Positions 62,171 to 64,000 of a stretch of DNA of 64,000 nt are shown piece after piece. The stretch's first letter is position 1. Each line of letters opens with the position of its first letter. The notes under the pieces were generated by a model. The model searched no databases. It was not told the origin of the DNA and saw only the letters and a program-made list of their open reading frames with translations. Where the stretch lies: positions 26,960 through 90,959 of the forward strand of contig RDEW01000099.1 in assembly GCA_011109175.1 (NCBI GenBank), written 5' to 3'. The position numbers were made by a program, and so were the translations under genes. The DNA is from Dicyema japonicum (taxonomy: Eukaryota; Animalia; Dicyemida).

Positions 62171-63559
62171 GATTTAACTTATTTGGGTTACAGTCATTAG
62201 CTAAGTAAATTTGAATTAAAACCTTTCCCAGTAAAATAATTCAAAAAGCCATCATCTTGCAACTTGTTTAAATAAATTGTAAAAGATAAATTTTATAAAA
62301 ACTAATGAGTACAACTAAACCGATAGTGATACCATATTTAATTTTATTAATCTTCGTGATATTAGTATAACTTTGTCACCTTAAATACAGTATTTCTTTA
62401 AATGTAAAACGTTATATCTCAGTTGAACATTGTTCAAGTTGCATGAGATTAATTGGAGACGACTGGTTCGATAAGAGGTAAGTCTTTTCCCTTTTCAACA
62501 ATTTCTTAAACTTCTAGCCACACTCACTTGCACAAGCTCATTGGAACCTCCATTTGATAGAAAAATTATTAGCTGTTTAATTATGTAATTTTATGTTGCG
62601 CAACATTTACTATAAAGCTCACTTTCCAATGAACGATCGCCTTTCGATAACCTCAAATTCTTAATATTCTTTCTATTTAAAACGAAAACAGAGAATAGTA
62701 TGAGGACTATCTTCATACAAATTCAAAAGTAAATCAAACATGTTTCAAAACTCTTACAGAACTCTTGATCGAACAAACATTTTCTACATATTTTGTAATC
62801 TTTTCATAACCAGCTTCTTCAATTCCAAAATTCATGATTTAATAACGAAATTATACAGAAAATTTATAGTGACTTGAAAAGCCCATAATGACAAGTTACG
62901 TAATTTTTCGATAACATTAATTATAAAATCATTACACAATATTTTACGGCAAAGATTTTGTTTGATGCCCGTTAATTCACCCCTTTTTCCTCAACCACAA
63001 ATCACTGTTCCACTAAAGTTTGGGATTATCTGAATATGGCACTGATGCATCCGTATTTTAATTTTTGGATCGACGATTATGTTTTTATTTTATCAAAAAG
63101 GACCATCTATAGATTTTGCATAAACTATACCTAACCTCAGTTCATTTAAAGCTTATTTGCTTTACAAGAAATCTCAATTGACTCCCTAAAACATTGTAAT
63201 CAGGGGAAACAAAAAATCCAAACCTTGAAATTTCTACAACACAGTGACCCACACAAATCCGAGAAATTTCATTGTTGCAAAAACAAAATGGATCTCTTGT
63301 GTCCATCTTAACCTGTTGGGGATGAAATTTAAAAAAAAACATTAAGTGAACAACTTATCTAATTTGGCCCTTAATTATCTAGGAGTTGGAAAAACTCCTC
63401 AATTTTTTACCACTAAGTCACAGCTGGTTCAGCGTTTACCTCAGATTAATTCATCAGCGTGTCCTTGTATATTTGGCATGATAATGGTGGATATAAAATG
63501 TCTTCATTAATGGAACGAACTTTATAGACAATGTATAGTGCCAAAACGTAAGATCATAA

Positions 63560-64000
63560 CACAAGCATACTCCACTTGGGAGCTGATTGTATAAAGTGGA
63601 AATTGAACAAAAGTTACTTGAAAAAATTATTACACTTCTTTATAGTGGATCTCCTTGTTTTCTTAGCATCAAAATATTCCATCCTCATAAAAATAGATTA
63701 TAAAATTTTAATTTTTGGAAAACATTGCATAATAATTAGATAATCAAAATTGCATAATTTTTAAATAATCATTAATATATAAGATTTGCAAACTAAAATC
63801 AAAAATATATTGACAAAAACATTTTTCTTTGACGTTGAAACATTAATTCAAACATTAATTCAGGCTAATGCTGATTCAATCAAAAACACTTCTCTCAATA
63901 AATACATTTCTTCTAAAACATTACATTTTAAAAAATCTGTGAAGGTTACAATCTCAAGCATTTATCAGAATTCTGAAATAAACTAACACAATCATTTTTA
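63560..64000 (-). repeat. Third copy of the CKAP5-fragment repeat unit (runs off the window)
   Basis: Near-identical to 55900-56340 from ccacttgggag onward. Only the distal, motif-free part of the unit lies inside the window. Confidence 0.88.

Noticed and set aside
1-64000. Non-standard genetic code to explain the many in-frame stops
   Set aside because: The intact genes translate cleanly with the standard code once micro-introns are removed and end in TAA, TAG or TGA. Stops elsewhere co-occur with frameshifts.
1-64000. tRNA, rRNA, snRNA or telomeric arrays
   Set aside because: No cloverleaf/T-loop consensus, rRNA or snRNA signature, or (TTAGGG)n run was recognised by eye. A tRNAscan/Infernal run would be needed to exclude them fully.

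Overview
AT-rich eukaryotic (animal) genomic DNA. Most of the window is layered, decayed transposon debris: R4/Dong-like, CRE-like, RTE, CR1/L2/I-like LINEs, a Penelope trace, pogo/Tigger, mariner, hAT-Buster, piggyBac and Ginger/SCAND3-type integrases. Among these sit a few very compact host genes split by 22-26 nt GT-AG micro-introns, which the ORF track fragments. Reconstructed by hand: (1) a shortened Dishevelled (DIX-PDZ-DEP, about 405 aa, 3303-4996 minus); (2) a cathepsin L-like protease with intact catalytic residues (5856-6979 minus); (3) a candidate 121-aa secreted 10-Cys protein (7519-7916 minus) with a decayed second copy at about 37 kb; (4) a miniature 137-aa TPX2-like gene (22770-23253 plus) with an inverted pseudogene copy 3.3 kb away. 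A dead fragment of the microtubule polymerase XMAP215/CKAP5 (TOG5 onward) occurs as an about 2-kb dispersed repeat, three times in the window. An about 160-bp satellite family forms three separate arrays. Micro-introns, very divergent metazoan proteins and abundant CRE-like elements suggest a reduced parasitic animal, most likely a myxozoan cnidarian; a dicyemid is an alternative. This assignment is inference. No rRNA, tRNA or CRISPR array was recognised. All protein similarities were judged by eye from remembered family motifs; no database search was run.
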